From an uncultured Verrucomicrobiae bacterium (GTDB lineage: Bacteria; Verrucomicrobiota; Verrucomicrobiia; Chthoniobacterales; Terrimicrobiaceae): DNA of 64,000 nucleotides. The stretch lies in assembly GCA_963706955.1 (NCBI GenBank), contig CAVPOC010000005.1, positions 32,001 through 96,000 of the forward strand. The letters run 5' to 3'. Below, in pieces: positions 54,021 through 64,000 of this stretch. Both the position numbers and the translations under genes were made by a program. Under the pieces are notes generated by a model, which saw only the letters and a list, made by a program, of their open reading frames with translations, was not told the DNA's origin and searched no databases. The first letter of the stretch is position 1. Every line of letters starts with the position of its first letter.

Positions 54021-54659
54021 ATGAAAAGTCTGCTTTCTCCTGTTCACTATCGCATTGCTAAAGCGATCTTAGGCTTTGAGCAAAGAAAGGAACCCTCTTT
54101 CGTCTCGGATTTGGTAACGAAATTGGGATATGCGGCCGAAAGCAGTCTCACCGCAACACTTCGCATCATGGAACGAAATGGCTTTTTAGTTATCCAAGGC
54201 GGAGGAGAGCGAGGGCGCGCGCGTGTGGTGACATTGACAGCGAAGGCGCGGTTTGCGCTCGGGGTCGGTGGTATTCCGCTTTTGGGAACGATCCCGGCTG
54301 GTCCTTTGCAAGAAGCCTTCGCGCAAGCTGATGAGATTATCGAGACGAACAACCTTTTCCCTTCCAGAGAGGGAGACTTTTTCCTGCGCGTTCGAGGAGA
54401 CTCGATGATTGGCGATGGAATTTTGGATGGCGACTGGGTGCTCTTGCGTCCAAACCTTGAGGTGCAGCATGGCGAGATCGCCGCTCTTCTTGTGGGAGAA
54501 GCGCATGAAACCACGCTCAAGCGGATATTCTTTCTCCCTGAGCAGGCGGAGATCATCCTGCGCGCCAGTAATCCGCGCTATCCTGATCTCGTGGTAAATG
54601 CGCAGGATGTGAAAGTGGCTGGCATTTTTCGAGGGCTAATCCGACATGCAATCCCATGA
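54021..54659 (+). CDS. lexA: LexA-family repressor (S24 peptidase)
   Basis: N-terminal wHTH-like region, cleavage site IPAG, catalytic GDSM and TLKR; heads the imuA-imuB genes. Confidence 0.85.
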   Translation: MKSLLSPVHYRIAKAILGFEQRKEPSFVSDLVTKLGYAAESSLTATLRIMERNGFLVIQGGGERGRARVVTLTAKARFALGVGGIPLLGTIPAGPLQEAFAQADEIIETNNLFPSREGDFFLRVRGDSMIGDGILDGDWVLLRPNLEVQHGEIAALLVGEAHETTLKRIFFLPEQAEIILRASNPRYPDLVVNAQDVKVAGIFRGLIRHAIP

Positions 54660-55305
54660 TTCCAGACTCATTCAACTGGAAGCATTACGCAGTTTGGTGG
54701 CGGAAAAATTCCCTCCATCTCCGCGCAGATGTAATGGCCGATTCCTGACAGGTTGCCTCCCTTTTGATCAAAAGGGAGGTTTTCTCCAAGGAGCGATTAC
54801 GGAGGTCTGCGGCTCCGGCGCGGGAGGTTCATTGCTGTTGGCGGCGATGGTGAATGCAGCGGGGCGCGATGGATTTTTTATTGGGTTTATTGACGCGGCA
54901 AATTCATTCGAGCCTTCCGATTGGGCGGATGAACATTTACGCCGCATCCTCTGGGTGATGTGCGGGGCGGCGGCCCCGGCAATCAAGGCAGCGGACATTT
55001 TGCTGCGGGATGGCAATTTGTCGGTAGTAATTTTAGATCTGCAGATGTTGCCGGCCGCGCAATTGCGGCGCATTCCGGTAAGCACCTGGCATCGCTTTCA
55101 ACGAGTGCTCGAGCCTACTGGCACAGTCTTTGTGGTGCTTTGCCCAAATCCACTCGTCGAAAGCGTGCCAGTTCGCATGGCCATCCATACAGATGTGAGC
55201 TTGGCAGCCATGCATCTCCCGCGGGCTGCACTCTGGGAACACCTCCAGGTGCAGGTTTTTGAACGCGGTGCCGCCCCGCTGGCGGTGCTTCAAAAATCCG
55301 CATGA
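54646..55305 (+). CDS. imuA: ImuA / RecA-like translesion accessory protein
   Basis: GAITEV, FIDAANSFEP, AADILLRDGN..VILDL; no intact Walker A; sits between lexA and imuB. Confidence 0.8.
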   Translation: MQSHDSRLIQLEALRSLVAEKFPPSPRRCNGRFLTGCLPFDQKGGFLQGAITEVCGSGAGGSLLLAAMVNAAGRDGFFIGFIDAANSFEPSDWADEHLRRILWVMCGAAAPAIKAADILLRDGNLSVVILDLQMLPAAQLRRIPVSTWHRFQRVLEPTGTVFVVLCPNPLVESVPVRMAIHTDVSLAAMHLPRAALWEHLQVQVFERGAAPLAVLQKSA

Positions 55306-55311
55306 GGTATC

Positions 55312-56775
55312 ATGTTTGGCTGCATTTTCCTGCCACGATTTCGACTTCAGGCAGCCTTGCGCTGGCATGATGTTCGTGGGCCGTCTGTAGTTGTCAATGA
55401 AACCACCCTGAAAGGCATTGTCGCGGAGGCGAGCGAAGAAGCCGCCGCCCGAGGCATCGTTGCCGGCATGACATCGGCCCAAGCCATGGCGCGTGTAAGA
55501 GGGCTGGTCATTCGCTCGCGCTCCCCCGCACAGGAACAATGCTTGAACCAAATCCTCGTGCAAACGGCTCTGGCGCTCTCCCCGGATGTGGAACTTTGCT
55601 GCGACGGCGCATGCATAGCTGATCTTTGCTGTGTTCGGAAGGGAACCTGCTGGCAGCAACTGGCCGATGAACAAGTGGCTCACCTTCGCACCCATGGTTT
55701 GTCCGCCGTGATGGGTGTTGCTCCCACGCCAGATCTCGCCTTTCTTGCCGCCCGCGGAGCGCGCCCCTCGGCTGTTATTTATGATCCTGGAGCTTTCGCC
55801 AGCTCCTTGCCCATTGAGACTCTCGAACCTCCCGAAGAATTTCTGCGAATTTTGCATGGCTGGGGGATTCGTCGCGTGGGGGAATTTCTTGCCCTGCCAA
55901 AAATGGAAACAATCGAGCGCCTTGGCCCTATCGCCGAAACCCTGCGCCGGAAGGTATCCGGACGCCACAAGCGCTTGCTTCGTTTGGTCCGTCCCATGCC
56001 CGAATATGCGGAGGCATTTGATTTCGATTGCGAGATCGAAACCATTGAACCGCTCTTGTTTTTGCTTCGCCGCTTTCTGGATGAGTTGTGCGGGCGGCTG
56101 CGGGGGGTCTATCGGGTGGCTCAACGAATGGTCCTCCGTCTCCCGCTTGAGAATGGTGGCTGCCATGACCGTGCTTTTTCCATTCCAGCACCGACGGCTG
56201 ATGTGGAAGTGCTCTTCCGCATCCTCCATACACATCTGGAAAATTTAAAACTTCCCCAGCGTCCCGTGGGTGTTCGGCTAAGCCTTCAGGCAGTCGCTCC
56301 CACAAGGGATCAGCTTCAACTCTTCGAAAGCACACTTCGCGATCCCAACCGCTTTGGCGAAACGCTTGCCAAATTAAAAGCGTTTCTCGGCAATGAACAT
56401 GTCGGTGTGCCTGCGAGAAGCAACACCCACCGGCCGGATAGCTATGTTTTGGAAGAATGCTTTCCTGCTTCAAAGCAAAAGCGAGAAGACCCCCGCGTGG
56501 CCCTCGAATCGCTTCGGGGGCTTCCCTTGCGACGATTTCGTCCAGCCATCTCGAGCTTGGTGGGTGTCCTAGAGGGCCGTCCGATCTCGGTGAAATCCTC
56601 AGCGTTGCGTGGCGTCATTCGCAGCTGCGCCGGCCCCTACAGGCTGTCCGGCAATTGGTGGGATTGCGAATGCTGGGAGCAGGAAGAATGGGATGTCGCC
56701 TTGGCTAAGGGCGGACTCTACCGACTCTCACGTCATGAAGCCGTCTGGAACATCGAAGGTTGCTATGAAACCTGA
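55312..56775 (+). CDS. imuB: ImuB, inactive Y-family polymerase
   Basis: GIVAGMT.AQA, SP.VE, WGIRRVGE, QLQLF clamp motif, GPYRLSGNWW. Confidence 0.88.
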   Translation: MFGCIFLPRFRLQAALRWHDVRGPSVVVNETTLKGIVAEASEEAAARGIVAGMTSAQAMARVRGLVIRSRSPAQEQCLNQILVQTALALSPDVELCCDGACIADLCCVRKGTCWQQLADEQVAHLRTHGLSAVMGVAPTPDLAFLAARGARPSAVIYDPGAFASSLPIETLEPPEEFLRILHGWGIRRVGEFLALPKMETIERLGPIAETLRRKVSGRHKRLLRLVRPMPEYAEAFDFDCEIETIEPLLFLLRRFLDELCGRLRGVYRVAQRMVLRLPLENGGCHDRAFSIPAPTADVEVLFRILHTHLENLKLPQRPVGVRLSLQAVAPTRDQLQLFESTLRDPNRFGETLAKLKAFLGNEHVGVPARSNTHRPDSYVLEECFPASKQKREDPRVALESLRGLPLRRFRPAISSLVGVLEGRPISVKSSALRGVIRSCAGPYRLSGNWWDCECWEQEEWDVALAKGGLYRLSRHEAVWNIEGCYET

Positions 56776-56890
56776 CCGGCGGGAACGTTACACCGCTTTT
56801 CACAGAAGGTCGCAAAGGGAGCTAAGCGTTCTTCTTCTCTTCGTGAGCAACGACAGGGCGGCCAGCTACACCTTCAAACCCTGCTGCAAA

Positions 56891-57154
56891 TTAGTCACGG
56901 CGCTCACGGAGGATCTTGAGCGACTTCATATCCACCTCCTAGCCATCCGGCGACGTTGCATCCGCCTCGAAGCGGCCGTCATCGACCTCCATATCGTTGA
57001 CGTTTTGATAACCGCGCTTCTCGAGCGCCTCGGTGACCCGCGCGCGTTCTTTGTTCGTGGCGGGACGGTCCTCAGGAGGAGCTGGGTCAGCCGCCGGAGC
57101 AGCTTGCGCGATGAAGACGATGGCTGCGAGAGTCCGAACAATTCCGGGAATCAT
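56891..57154 (-). pseudogene. PepSY-like exported protein with an in-frame TAG at 56939-56941
   Basis: Signal peptide, ALEKRGY..MEVDDGRFEADATSPDG*EVDMKSLKILRERRD*. Confidence 0.6.
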
Positions 57155-57317
57155 TTTTCCACCCTGATATGGTCGCCATGGGTGTTCAAACCAGAAGCGC
57201 CTCTCATCCGGCGGCTGCCGGGCCGCAAAGGAAGCAAAGCGTTTTTCCCAAGCAAGATCTTTTCATCCGTTGGCTCCCCTCTGGCGTCCTTCTGTTCAAA
57301 AGGTCTTACAAGGTACC

Positions 57318-60300
57318 ATGATCTACCATGAGCTGCATGCGCGCAGCGCCTTCAGCTTTCTGCGCGGCGCCTCCAATCCGGAAGATCTGGCCTGCGCCGC
57401 AGCACGGCTTAGCCTTCCGTCAATTGCGTTGTCTGATCGCGACGGAGTTTATGGCTCTCCCCGCCTGCACGCGGCTGCAAAAGAACAGGGCATTCGCGCG
57501 CTGGTCGGGGCAGAGCTCACCATGGAAGACAAATGCATTCTTCCGGTTCTGGTTGCCACTCGCACGGGATATCAAAACCTGTGTCGCCTGGTGACAAATT
57601 CCCGCCTGCGAGGCAGCAAAACAGAATCGACGGTGCTCTGGAACGAACTCCCCGCTTACGCAGAAGGACTCCTGGCCTTGACCGGAGACGAAGAAGGGAT
57701 CCTCCAGGATCCCTGCCATCCGCAAACTTCAAAAAGACTCGAGCAGCTGAGGACAGCTTTTGGCAACGGGAATGTTCTTGTTGAAATTCAGCGCCACCTG
57801 CGTCGCGGCGAAACCTGGCGCAACAAACAGCTCGTGGACCTCGCCCGAGGACACAAACTTCCTCTCGTCGCCACCAACGGGGTCCTCTATGCAGAACCGG
57901 ATGCGCGCCGCGCGCTTGATCTCTTCGCGTGTGCCCGGAATCACACAACTTTCGATTCCGCCGGACGTCTTCTAAGCATCAACGCCGAACGCTATCTGAA
58001 ATCCGCTGCGCAGATGGAGCGGCTCTTTGCCGATCTGCCCGAAGCAGTTGAAAATACCGCGAAGATTGCCGAGCGTCTCGAATTCTCTCTCGAGAATTTA
58101 GGCTACGAATTTCCAAAATATCCGGTGCCTCCCGAGGAAACAATGGATTCCTTTTTGCGCACGGTTGCCTTTGCCGGGGCGCGGGCCCGTTATTCTCATC
58201 TCAGCGCAAAGGTCCTCAAGCAATTGAACTTCGAGCTCGACTTGATCGAGCGGCTCGGCTTCTCCGGCTATTTTCTTATTGTCTGGGACATTGCCAACTA
58301 TTGCACCCAGAATGACATTTTTATGCAAGGGCGCGGCAGCGCAGCCAATAGCGTCGTCTGCTACAGCCTGGGCATCACCGCTTGCGATCCTATTGCTAAT
58401 AATCTGCTCTTTGAGCGCTTCCTAAGCGAAGGCCGAAAAACATGGCCGGACATCGATTTGGACCTTCCCAGCGGTGATCGTCGCGAACGCGTAATTCAGG
58501 AAGTTTATCGCCGTTATGGCAAACATGGGGCGGCTATGACCGCCAACGTCATTACCTACCGAGGCCGCAGCGCCATGCGGGAAATCGGCAAGGCGCTTAA
58601 CTTCTCACCAGATGTCATCGATCGGTTCTCGAGTCTCTACGGGCACGGTGATTTTCCGCACACGCTCGACTTGAGAGATCAACTGCAGCAAGCGGGGATT
58701 TCGGCTGACCATCCTCGCGCGGAAGCTGCCCTCGAGCTTTACGCTCAGATTTACGGTTTGCCGCGACATCTTGGCCAACACTCCGGGGGCATGATCATCT
58801 GTCAGGACGCGCTCAGCTCGATAGTTCCTCTCGAAAATGCCTCTATGCCCGGCCGCGTTGTCGCGCAGTGGGACAAAGACGATTGCGAGGATCTCGGCAT
58901 CATTAAAGTGGACCTTCTTGGTCTCGGTATGATGGCGGCAATGCAGGACGCCATAACTCTCTGCGCAGAGCGCAAACACCCTGTCGATATCGCTGCCATT
59001 CCGAAGGATGACTCCGCGGTTTACGACCTCATGACCCGCGCGGATACCATCGGCACTTTCCAGGTTGAAAGTCGCGCCCAAATGGCCACCCTCCCCCGCC
59101 TCAAACCCCGATGCTTTTACGATGTCGTCGTCGAAGTTGCGATCATCCGTCCGGGGCCAATCCAGGGTGGCATGGTGCATCCCTACTTAGCGCGACGCGA
59201 AGGCACCGAGCCAGTCACTTACATCGATGAGCGGCTGCGCCCAACTCTGGAGCGCACCCTCGGCGTTCCCCTGTTTCAAGAACAACTCTTAAAGATGGCC
59301 ATGGTGATGGCGGATTTCAGCGGCAGCGAAGCCGAGGAGCTCCGCCGCGCGCTCAGCTTTCATCGTTCTCAAGAGAAGATGGAAAAAGTCTGCGTCAAAT
59401 TGCGCCGCGCGATGGCAGCGAAAAATGTCAATCCCGAGGTAACAGAAAAGATTGTTCAATCCGTCCAATCTTTCGCTGTCTATGGCTTTCCCGAGAGTCA
59501 CGCGATCAGCTTTGCCCTGATCGCCTATGCGAGTTGCTGGCTAAAAGTGCATCGCACCGCGGAATTTTATTGCGCCCTGCTCAATAACCAACCGATGGGC
59601 TTTTACAGCAATGCCACACTGATTCGTGACGCCAAGGCACATGGCGTGATCGTGCGGCCGATCTCCGTCTTGTCTTCTGAATGGCTCTGCACGATCGAGA
59701 ATGATGGCGCCGTCCGTTTGGGACTTTCGATGATCAAAGGATTTGATTCTGCAATCGGCCAACGCATCGCTTTGGAAAAGCCTTTCGCCTCGTTGCAGGA
59801 TTTTCAGAATCGCGTCACGACTGACAAGCTGGCGCTCCGCATCCTGGCTCGAATCGGAGCTCTCAATGGCTTGGTCGAACATCGTCGGGACGGACTTTGG
59901 AAAATCGAGTCGACCCATCGGCCTGAAGATTTGCCAGGTCTCACTGCTGCCTCGGGCACACCTCGACCTCTTGCTTGCATGAATGCCTTTGAACGACTCG
60001 AGGCCGATTTTTCTGGCACCGGCGTCACCACGGGAAGGCATCCGATGGCCCTCATTCGTGAGCGACTTCGGGACGTAACCTTGGCGAGCGATTTGCCTCG
60101 GTGCCGGAATGGAAAGCCTGTTCATGTCGCGGGAATGGTCATTTGCCGCCAGCGACCAGGAACTGCTAAGGGATTTGTCTTTATAAGCCTCGAAGACGAA
60201 ACTGGTGTTTCCAATGTTATTGTCGATCCGCGACTCTTCGAACGGCGGAGGCTCACTATTACCCAGGAACCCTTCCTCTCCATCCAGGGTAAAGTTCAAA

Positions 60301-60392
60301 ACACGAGAAACACGACCATAGTCCAAGCTCGACTCATCGATCCCCTGCCCTACGAAACCCTCGGCGCACCGACTTCCCACGATTTTCGTTGA
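57318..60392 (+). CDS. dnaE2: Error-prone DNA polymerase DnaE2 (ImuC)
   Basis: ELHARSAFSFLRGAS, GRGSAANS, PDIDLD, PRHLGQHSGG, YGFPESH, RQRPGTAKG, C-terminal SHDFR. Confidence 0.96.
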   Translation: MIYHELHARSAFSFLRGASNPEDLACAAARLSLPSIALSDRDGVYGSPRLHAAAKEQGIRALVGAELTMEDKCILPVLVATRTGYQNLCRLVTNSRLRGSKTESTVLWNELPAYAEGLLALTGDEEGILQDPCHPQTSKRLEQLRTAFGNGNVLVEIQRHLRRGETWRNKQLVDLARGHKLPLVATNGVLYAEPDARRALDLFACARNHTTFDSAGRLLSINAERYLKSAAQMERLFADLPEAVENTAKIAERLEFSLENLGYEFPKYPVPPEETMDSFLRTVAFAGARARYSHLSAKVLKQLNFELDLIERLGFSGYFLIVWDIANYCTQNDIFMQGRGSAANSVVCYSLGITACDPIANNLLFERFLSEGRKTWPDIDLDLPSGDRRERVIQEVYRRYGKHGAAMTANVITYRGRSAMREIGKALNFSPDVIDRFSSLYGHGDFPHTLDLRDQLQQAGISADHPRAEAALELYAQIYGLPRHLGQHSGGMIICQDALSSIVPLENASMPGRVVAQWDKDDCEDLGIIKVDLLGLGMMAAMQDAITLCAERKHPVDIAAIPKDDSAVYDLMTRADTIGTFQVESRAQMATLPRLKPRCFYDVVVEVAIIRPGPIQGGMVHPYLARREGTEPVTYIDERLRPTLERTLGVPLFQEQLLKMAMVMADFSGSEAEELRRALSFHRSQEKMEKVCVKLRRAMAAKNVNPEVTEKIVQSVQSFAVYGFPESHAISFALIAYASCWLKVHRTAEFYCALLNNQPMGFYSNATLIRDAKAHGVIVRPISVLSSEWLCTIENDGAVRLGLSMIKGFDSAIGQRIALEKPFASLQDFQNRVTTDKLALRILARIGALNGLVEHRRDGLWKIESTHRPEDLPGLTAASGTPRPLACMNAFERLEADFSGTGVTTGRHPMALIRERLRDVTLASDLPRCRNGKPVHVAGMVICRQRPGTAKGFVFISLEDETGVSNVIVDPRLFERRRLTITQEPFLSIQGKVQNTRNTTIVQARLIDPLPYETLGAPTSHDFR

Positions 60393-60618
60393 CAGCAGTC
60401 CCATGGCGAAGGGCTCGCATCGCTTCTGGAGCGACGGTGTCCTGCACCGTCAAAAGAGCCCTCGGACGTGGGGCCCGACCCACAGGGTCGCTACAAACTG
60501 CAAAGTAGCCTGCCGCTCTTCGCTCTGGAGAACCGCGTTGCTGAAACGATCTCAGACTAGTCAACAGGTGAACGCAAAACCTACACTCGCAAAACCGGCC
60601 TACATCGATCACTTAGTT

Positions 60619-61182
60619 ATGAACGCAAGTGTTGTTGACAAGAAAGTCGCCATCCTGGCGACGGATGGGTTTGAGCAATCTGAACTGGAAAGCCCGCTGG
60701 AGGCGCTGAAAGCGTCGGGGGCCCTGCCGAAAATCGTTTCTCTCAAAGCTGGGAAAATTCAAGCCACCGTTCACGGCGAAAAAGGCGATAACTTCGATGT
60801 TGATCTGGTCCTTGATCAAGCGAACCCTGAGGATTTCGACGCGTTAGTTCTTCCGGGAGGACTTTATAACCCGGATACCCTGCGAGCAAATTCGGCTGCG
60901 GTCGACTTCGTCCGCAGTTTTGCGCAAGCAGGGAAGCCGATCGCAGCAATCTGTCATGGCCCTTGGCTCTTGATCGAAGCAGACGTTGTGCGTGGTCGAA
61001 AGTTAACCTCTTGGCCGGCGATTAAGACGGACGTGCGCAATGCTGGCGGTCGCTGGGTGGATGAAGAAGTCGTCGTGGACAATGGTCTTGTCACCAGTCG
61101 CAAGCCGGATGACCTGCCCGCCTTCAACCGCAAAATGATCGAGGAGATCGGAGAAGGCGTCCATCCTCAGCTGATACACTGA
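60619..61182 (+). CDS. PfpI/DJ-1 family type 1 glutamine amidotransferase-like protein
   Basis: VAILATDGFEQSEL, LVLPGG..NPD.LR, AICHGPW, TSRKPDDL. Confidence 0.93.
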   Translation: MNASVVDKKVAILATDGFEQSELESPLEALKASGALPKIVSLKAGKIQATVHGEKGDNFDVDLVLDQANPEDFDALVLPGGLYNPDTLRANSAAVDFVRSFAQAGKPIAAICHGPWLLIEADVVRGRKLTSWPAIKTDVRNAGGRWVDEEVVVDNGLVTSRKPDDLPAFNRKMIEEIGEGVHPQLIH

Positions 61183-61318
61183 AGAATGCGCGTGCGGGGG
61201 CTGCCTCTGCAAACTTTCGAAAGACACGCTATGGCGACCTCGATGTTTCAGGTCTCCCGTTTTGACATTTCTGTGACCTCAGCAGGTGGCATCCATGTCG
61301 GGAGGTCGCTGCGAAACA

Positions 61319-61552
61319 ATGAGCGAAGCGATGAAGACGAAACGCCCACGTCCTGAGAGGCTTTTCAAGGACAGTTGGCGCCCCGAAGACAAGGCGATCG
61401 AATCCGCGGAGGAGGAGGCCCTGGAACGAGACTATGGAGATGAGATTGCCAGGGATCGCGCCCAACGTCATCAACAAACTCCCGCGATAGGAGGGTTCGA
61501 GAAAGCTCCTTCGGAATTGTCCTCCAGAGACTCGCCTCCTGGAGGTCGGTGA
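61319..61552 (+). CDS. Small hypothetical charged protein
   Basis: ATG ORF with GGAGG upstream; no recognisable motif. Confidence 0.4.
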   Translation: MSEAMKTKRPRPERLFKDSWRPEDKAIESAEEEALERDYGDEIARDRAQRHQQTPAIGGFEKAPSELSSRDSPPGGR

Positions 61553-61630
61553 ATACCCTGAGGGGCTTGTCAGGTAATCTCTCAGAGACGCGCTCCGTAT
61601 GGCGAACGATTTTGCTTAAACAACATCTCC

Positions 61631-61819
61631 ATGAAAATTGTCCAAATAATCTGCCTTTCCCTGGGAGTTACAGCTTTGATGGGTTGCGACGGCTCGAACC
61701 CGCCCGCCGCCGCGACACCCACCCCGGCGCCTCCGGCCGCACAAACTGCACCTGCACCCGCACCCGCCGCGCCCGCACCAACTCCTGCGACGACTCCAGC
61801 CGCGCCGCCCGCCTCGTAG
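61631..61819 (+). CDS. Small Pro/Ala/Thr-rich lipoprotein
   Basis: MKIVQIICLSLGVTALMG-C lipobox followed by a PAPA low-complexity tail. Confidence 0.7.
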   Translation: MKIVQIICLSLGVTALMGCDGSNPPAAATPTPAPPAAQTAPAPAPAAPAPTPATTPAAPPAS

Positions 61820-62333
61820 GTAGCCGCCTTGTGCCGCAAGTGGCTCTTGCCGGGAGGTCAAAAAACCAAGCAGCAGCTACGAAGGCCTCGCGCTCGGCAC
61901 CGTAGACATTCCTTTGGTGCAGGCGAGCTTGTCTTGGGCGTTTAGATGCTCTGCTTGGGCGAATTCGTGCGGTGCATCCAGTGGATCCGCTGAAAACGAC
62001 AGTAGGTAGCCACTCTGATGGGTCTTGGGCGAACTGGAAAGACTCTCACACTGCGGTTGCGGTAATCATTGAGACAGATGCCCACAGGATTAACTCCTGC
62101 GAGGCAAGATACAATGAAACAGAAAGCAAATGGTGCTTCGATCTCCAGTGGCATGCGGCCAGGAGGCTGCCTCCTTGCCCCATTTTCTGGAACGGCTTAT
62201 CGGGCACCTCGGGGTCAGGAGGTGCGCTGGTCTCCGAGCTCGAAGCAGTGAAGTCGTGATCGGCGACGATGGAACTTGCGTTCTGATCGGTGGTGGATAC
62301 GCGCGAGGATCGGCCGCCCCGCGATAAGAGGGT

Positions 62334-62411
62334 ATGGGCTACAATATATTCTATATCATTGGCGTGATCGTTGTCGTCGCATTGATTCTCAAGCTTCTCG
62401 GATTGTATTAG
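62334..62411 (+). CDS. 25-aa single-TM small protein, not in the ORF track
   Basis: MGYNIFYIIGVIVVVALILKLLGLY*, preceded by AGAGGG. Confidence 0.6.
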   Translation: MGYNIFYIIGVIVVVALILKLLGLY

Positions 62412-62452
62412 TTTAGCGCCCGTTCACGAATCCTGCGTCTCTATTGCCGGGA

Positions 62453-63556
62453 ATGGCCAATCGGCCCGCGACTCAAGCATCCGACACCTCGTCTGAGCTG
62501 GCGATTTCAGCTCGTAATGCTGGCCTGCACTATGTCACCGACCGTCGACCAGGAATAGTTCGCGCGCGCAATCGCGGAGGAGCATTCGACTATTTCGATC
62601 CTCAGGGCCGTCGGATCCGCAAGTCACAGCCGCTCGAGCGGATAAAGCGGCTGGCAATTCCGCCCGCCTGGCAGGACGTATGGATTTGCCAGGATGCCTC
62701 AGGGCATCTTCAGGCCACCGGACGCGACGCGCGCGGTCGCAAACAGTATCGCTATCATTCAAATTGGCGCAGGACCCGCGACGAGACCAAGTACGATCGC
62801 GTGATCGGATTCGGCCGTGCTTTACAAAAGATTCGCCGACGGATCGCGCGAGATCTCTCCCGCCGCGGCTTGCCGCGCGAAAAGGTGCTCGCGACCATCG
62901 TCCGATTGCTCGAGACGACGCTGATTCGCGTGGGCAATGAGGAGTATGCGCGCGATAACAAATCTTACGGTCTGACAACGCTCCAGGACCGCCATGCGGA
63001 AATTCGCTCGGGCAAGGTCATCTTTAAATTTCGCGGCAAGTCTGGCAAAGATCACGTTTTCGACATTCGTAATCGCAAGTTGGCAAATATCGTCAAACGA
63101 TGTCGCGATCTTCCCGGCTACGAGCTTTTCCAATACGTCGACGATTCAGGTGCGCCGGTGGACATCACCTCCAGCGATGTAAATGCCTACCTGCGCGAGA
63201 TCTCAGGCGCGGATTTTACTGCCAAGGACTTTCGGACTTGGGCGGGAACAGTCCTGGCGGCAAGAGCGTTGCAAGAATTTGAGAAATTTACCTCCGAGGC
63301 CGAAGCGAAGAGGAATCTTTTGCAAGCGGTCGAAGCCGTCGCCCGGATGCTCGGAAACACTCCCGCCATCTGCAGAAGGTGTTACGTTCACCCCATAGTG
63401 TTGGATAGTTACCTCGATGGAACGCTTGTGGACCAACTAAAGCGTCGGGCCGAGCAAAAACTGATCAGCGGAATCCGAAAACTCCCGCCGGATGAGGCGG
63501 CAGTGCTGATGCTTCTCCAACAGACGCTCTCCCGACGACCCCGGAAGAAAGCCTAG
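62453..63556 (+). CDS. Bacterial DNA topoisomerase IB
   Basis: LAIPPAW.DVWI, GRDARGRKQYRY, IRVGN, FRGKSG, AKDFRTW, LGNTPAICRRCYVHP. Confidence 0.93.
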   Translation: MANRPATQASDTSSELAISARNAGLHYVTDRRPGIVRARNRGGAFDYFDPQGRRIRKSQPLERIKRLAIPPAWQDVWICQDASGHLQATGRDARGRKQYRYHSNWRRTRDETKYDRVIGFGRALQKIRRRIARDLSRRGLPREKVLATIVRLLETTLIRVGNEEYARDNKSYGLTTLQDRHAEIRSGKVIFKFRGKSGKDHVFDIRNRKLANIVKRCRDLPGYELFQYVDDSGAPVDITSSDVNAYLREISGADFTAKDFRTWAGTVLAARALQEFEKFTSEAEAKRNLLQAVEAVARMLGNTPAICRRCYVHPIVLDSYLDGTLVDQLKRRAEQKLISGIRKLPPDEAAVLMLLQQTLSRRPRKKA

Positions 63557-63562
63557 CGACAT

Positions 63563-63976
63563 TCAATCGTGCTTGTCGACGCGATTGGCGCCGGCGGCCC
63601 GCAACATCTCCATCGCCCGGTCAGCGTCCTTACCGCTAGCGCGCACGAGGACAAACCGTCCGCTGTGCGCGAATGTCGTGGCATATGCATCGATCACGTC
63701 TTCGGACAATCCGTAGTCTTCGTCGAGCCGGGCCCTGAATGCCCTGCTGAGAGCATTTTTATCGCGCTTTGGCATTAAGTTCGGTTCGTCTCTTCCTGCG
63801 ACAATCTCAGCGGCGGCACCCGGCACCAGCGCAGGCCCGACCGGGTCTACACTGCCCGGCTCCTGGGCGAGGCCGGTTTCATCAACAACCGCCGTGTCCA
63901 ACCCCGCAGTAGCAAGGCGATTGACTGCATCTTCGACCTGCTCGGCCGAGTCAAATATTGCGACAACGGTTGTCAT
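63563..63976 (-). CDS. Hypothetical protein, general-stress-protein-like
   Basis: TVVAIFD..VEDAV..L..AG, and GLSE..Y..G.FVLV..A.EML..AGA pattern. Confidence 0.6.
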   Translation of the reverse strand: MTTVVAIFDSAEQVEDAVNRLATAGLDTAVVDETGLAQEPGSVDPVGPALVPGAAAEIVAGRDEPNLMPKRDKNALSRAFRARLDEDYGLSEDVIDAYATTFAHSGRFVLVRASGKDADRAMEMLRAAGANRVDKHD

Positions 63977-64000
63977 GGTTCTTCGATTGCGCGGCGGATT

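Noticed and set aside
62453..63556. Possible integron integrase for the attC array
   Set aside because: The motifs are those of topoisomerase IB, not IntI, and it lies over 30 kb away.

Overview
A 64 kb bacterial chromosomal window. The gene content and GyrA signature suggest a PVC-group organism, probably a Chthoniobacterales-like verrucomicrobium (inference). The left end holds the 5' end of tuf, tRNA-Thr(GGT) and gyrB-gyrA. Next come an STT3/AglB-like membrane protein, a DUF4062-STAND-TM-TPR protein, an MlaE/F/D-like operon with a degenerate ATPase, a TRAF-binding/SLOG/cyclase-like protein, an SBP56 gene pair and an RND pump. The standout locus is 25.2-28.1 kb, a candidate radical-SAM RiPP operon. 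Its 105-aa precursor has a Tat-type signal peptide as its apparent leader, followed by a Gly/Arg-rich core with six W-x-N (triceptide/cyclophane-type) motifs. A 280-aa protein with a partial SPASM-like Cys motif is translationally coupled to the rSAM/SPASM enzyme, and no peptidase or ABC exporter is present. Directly downstream is a decaying integron gene-cassette array (three attC sites, no integrase in the window). The right half carries LigD, DinB, a TamB with four 333-bp tandem repeats plus TamA/BamA, a lexA-imuA-imuB-dnaE2 cassette, PfpI and topoisomerase IB. Many genes between about 6.7 and 27.4 kb, including essential gyrB, are broken by single-base indels that are most likely sequencing or assembly errors. 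All family assignments are by motif recognition, not database search.
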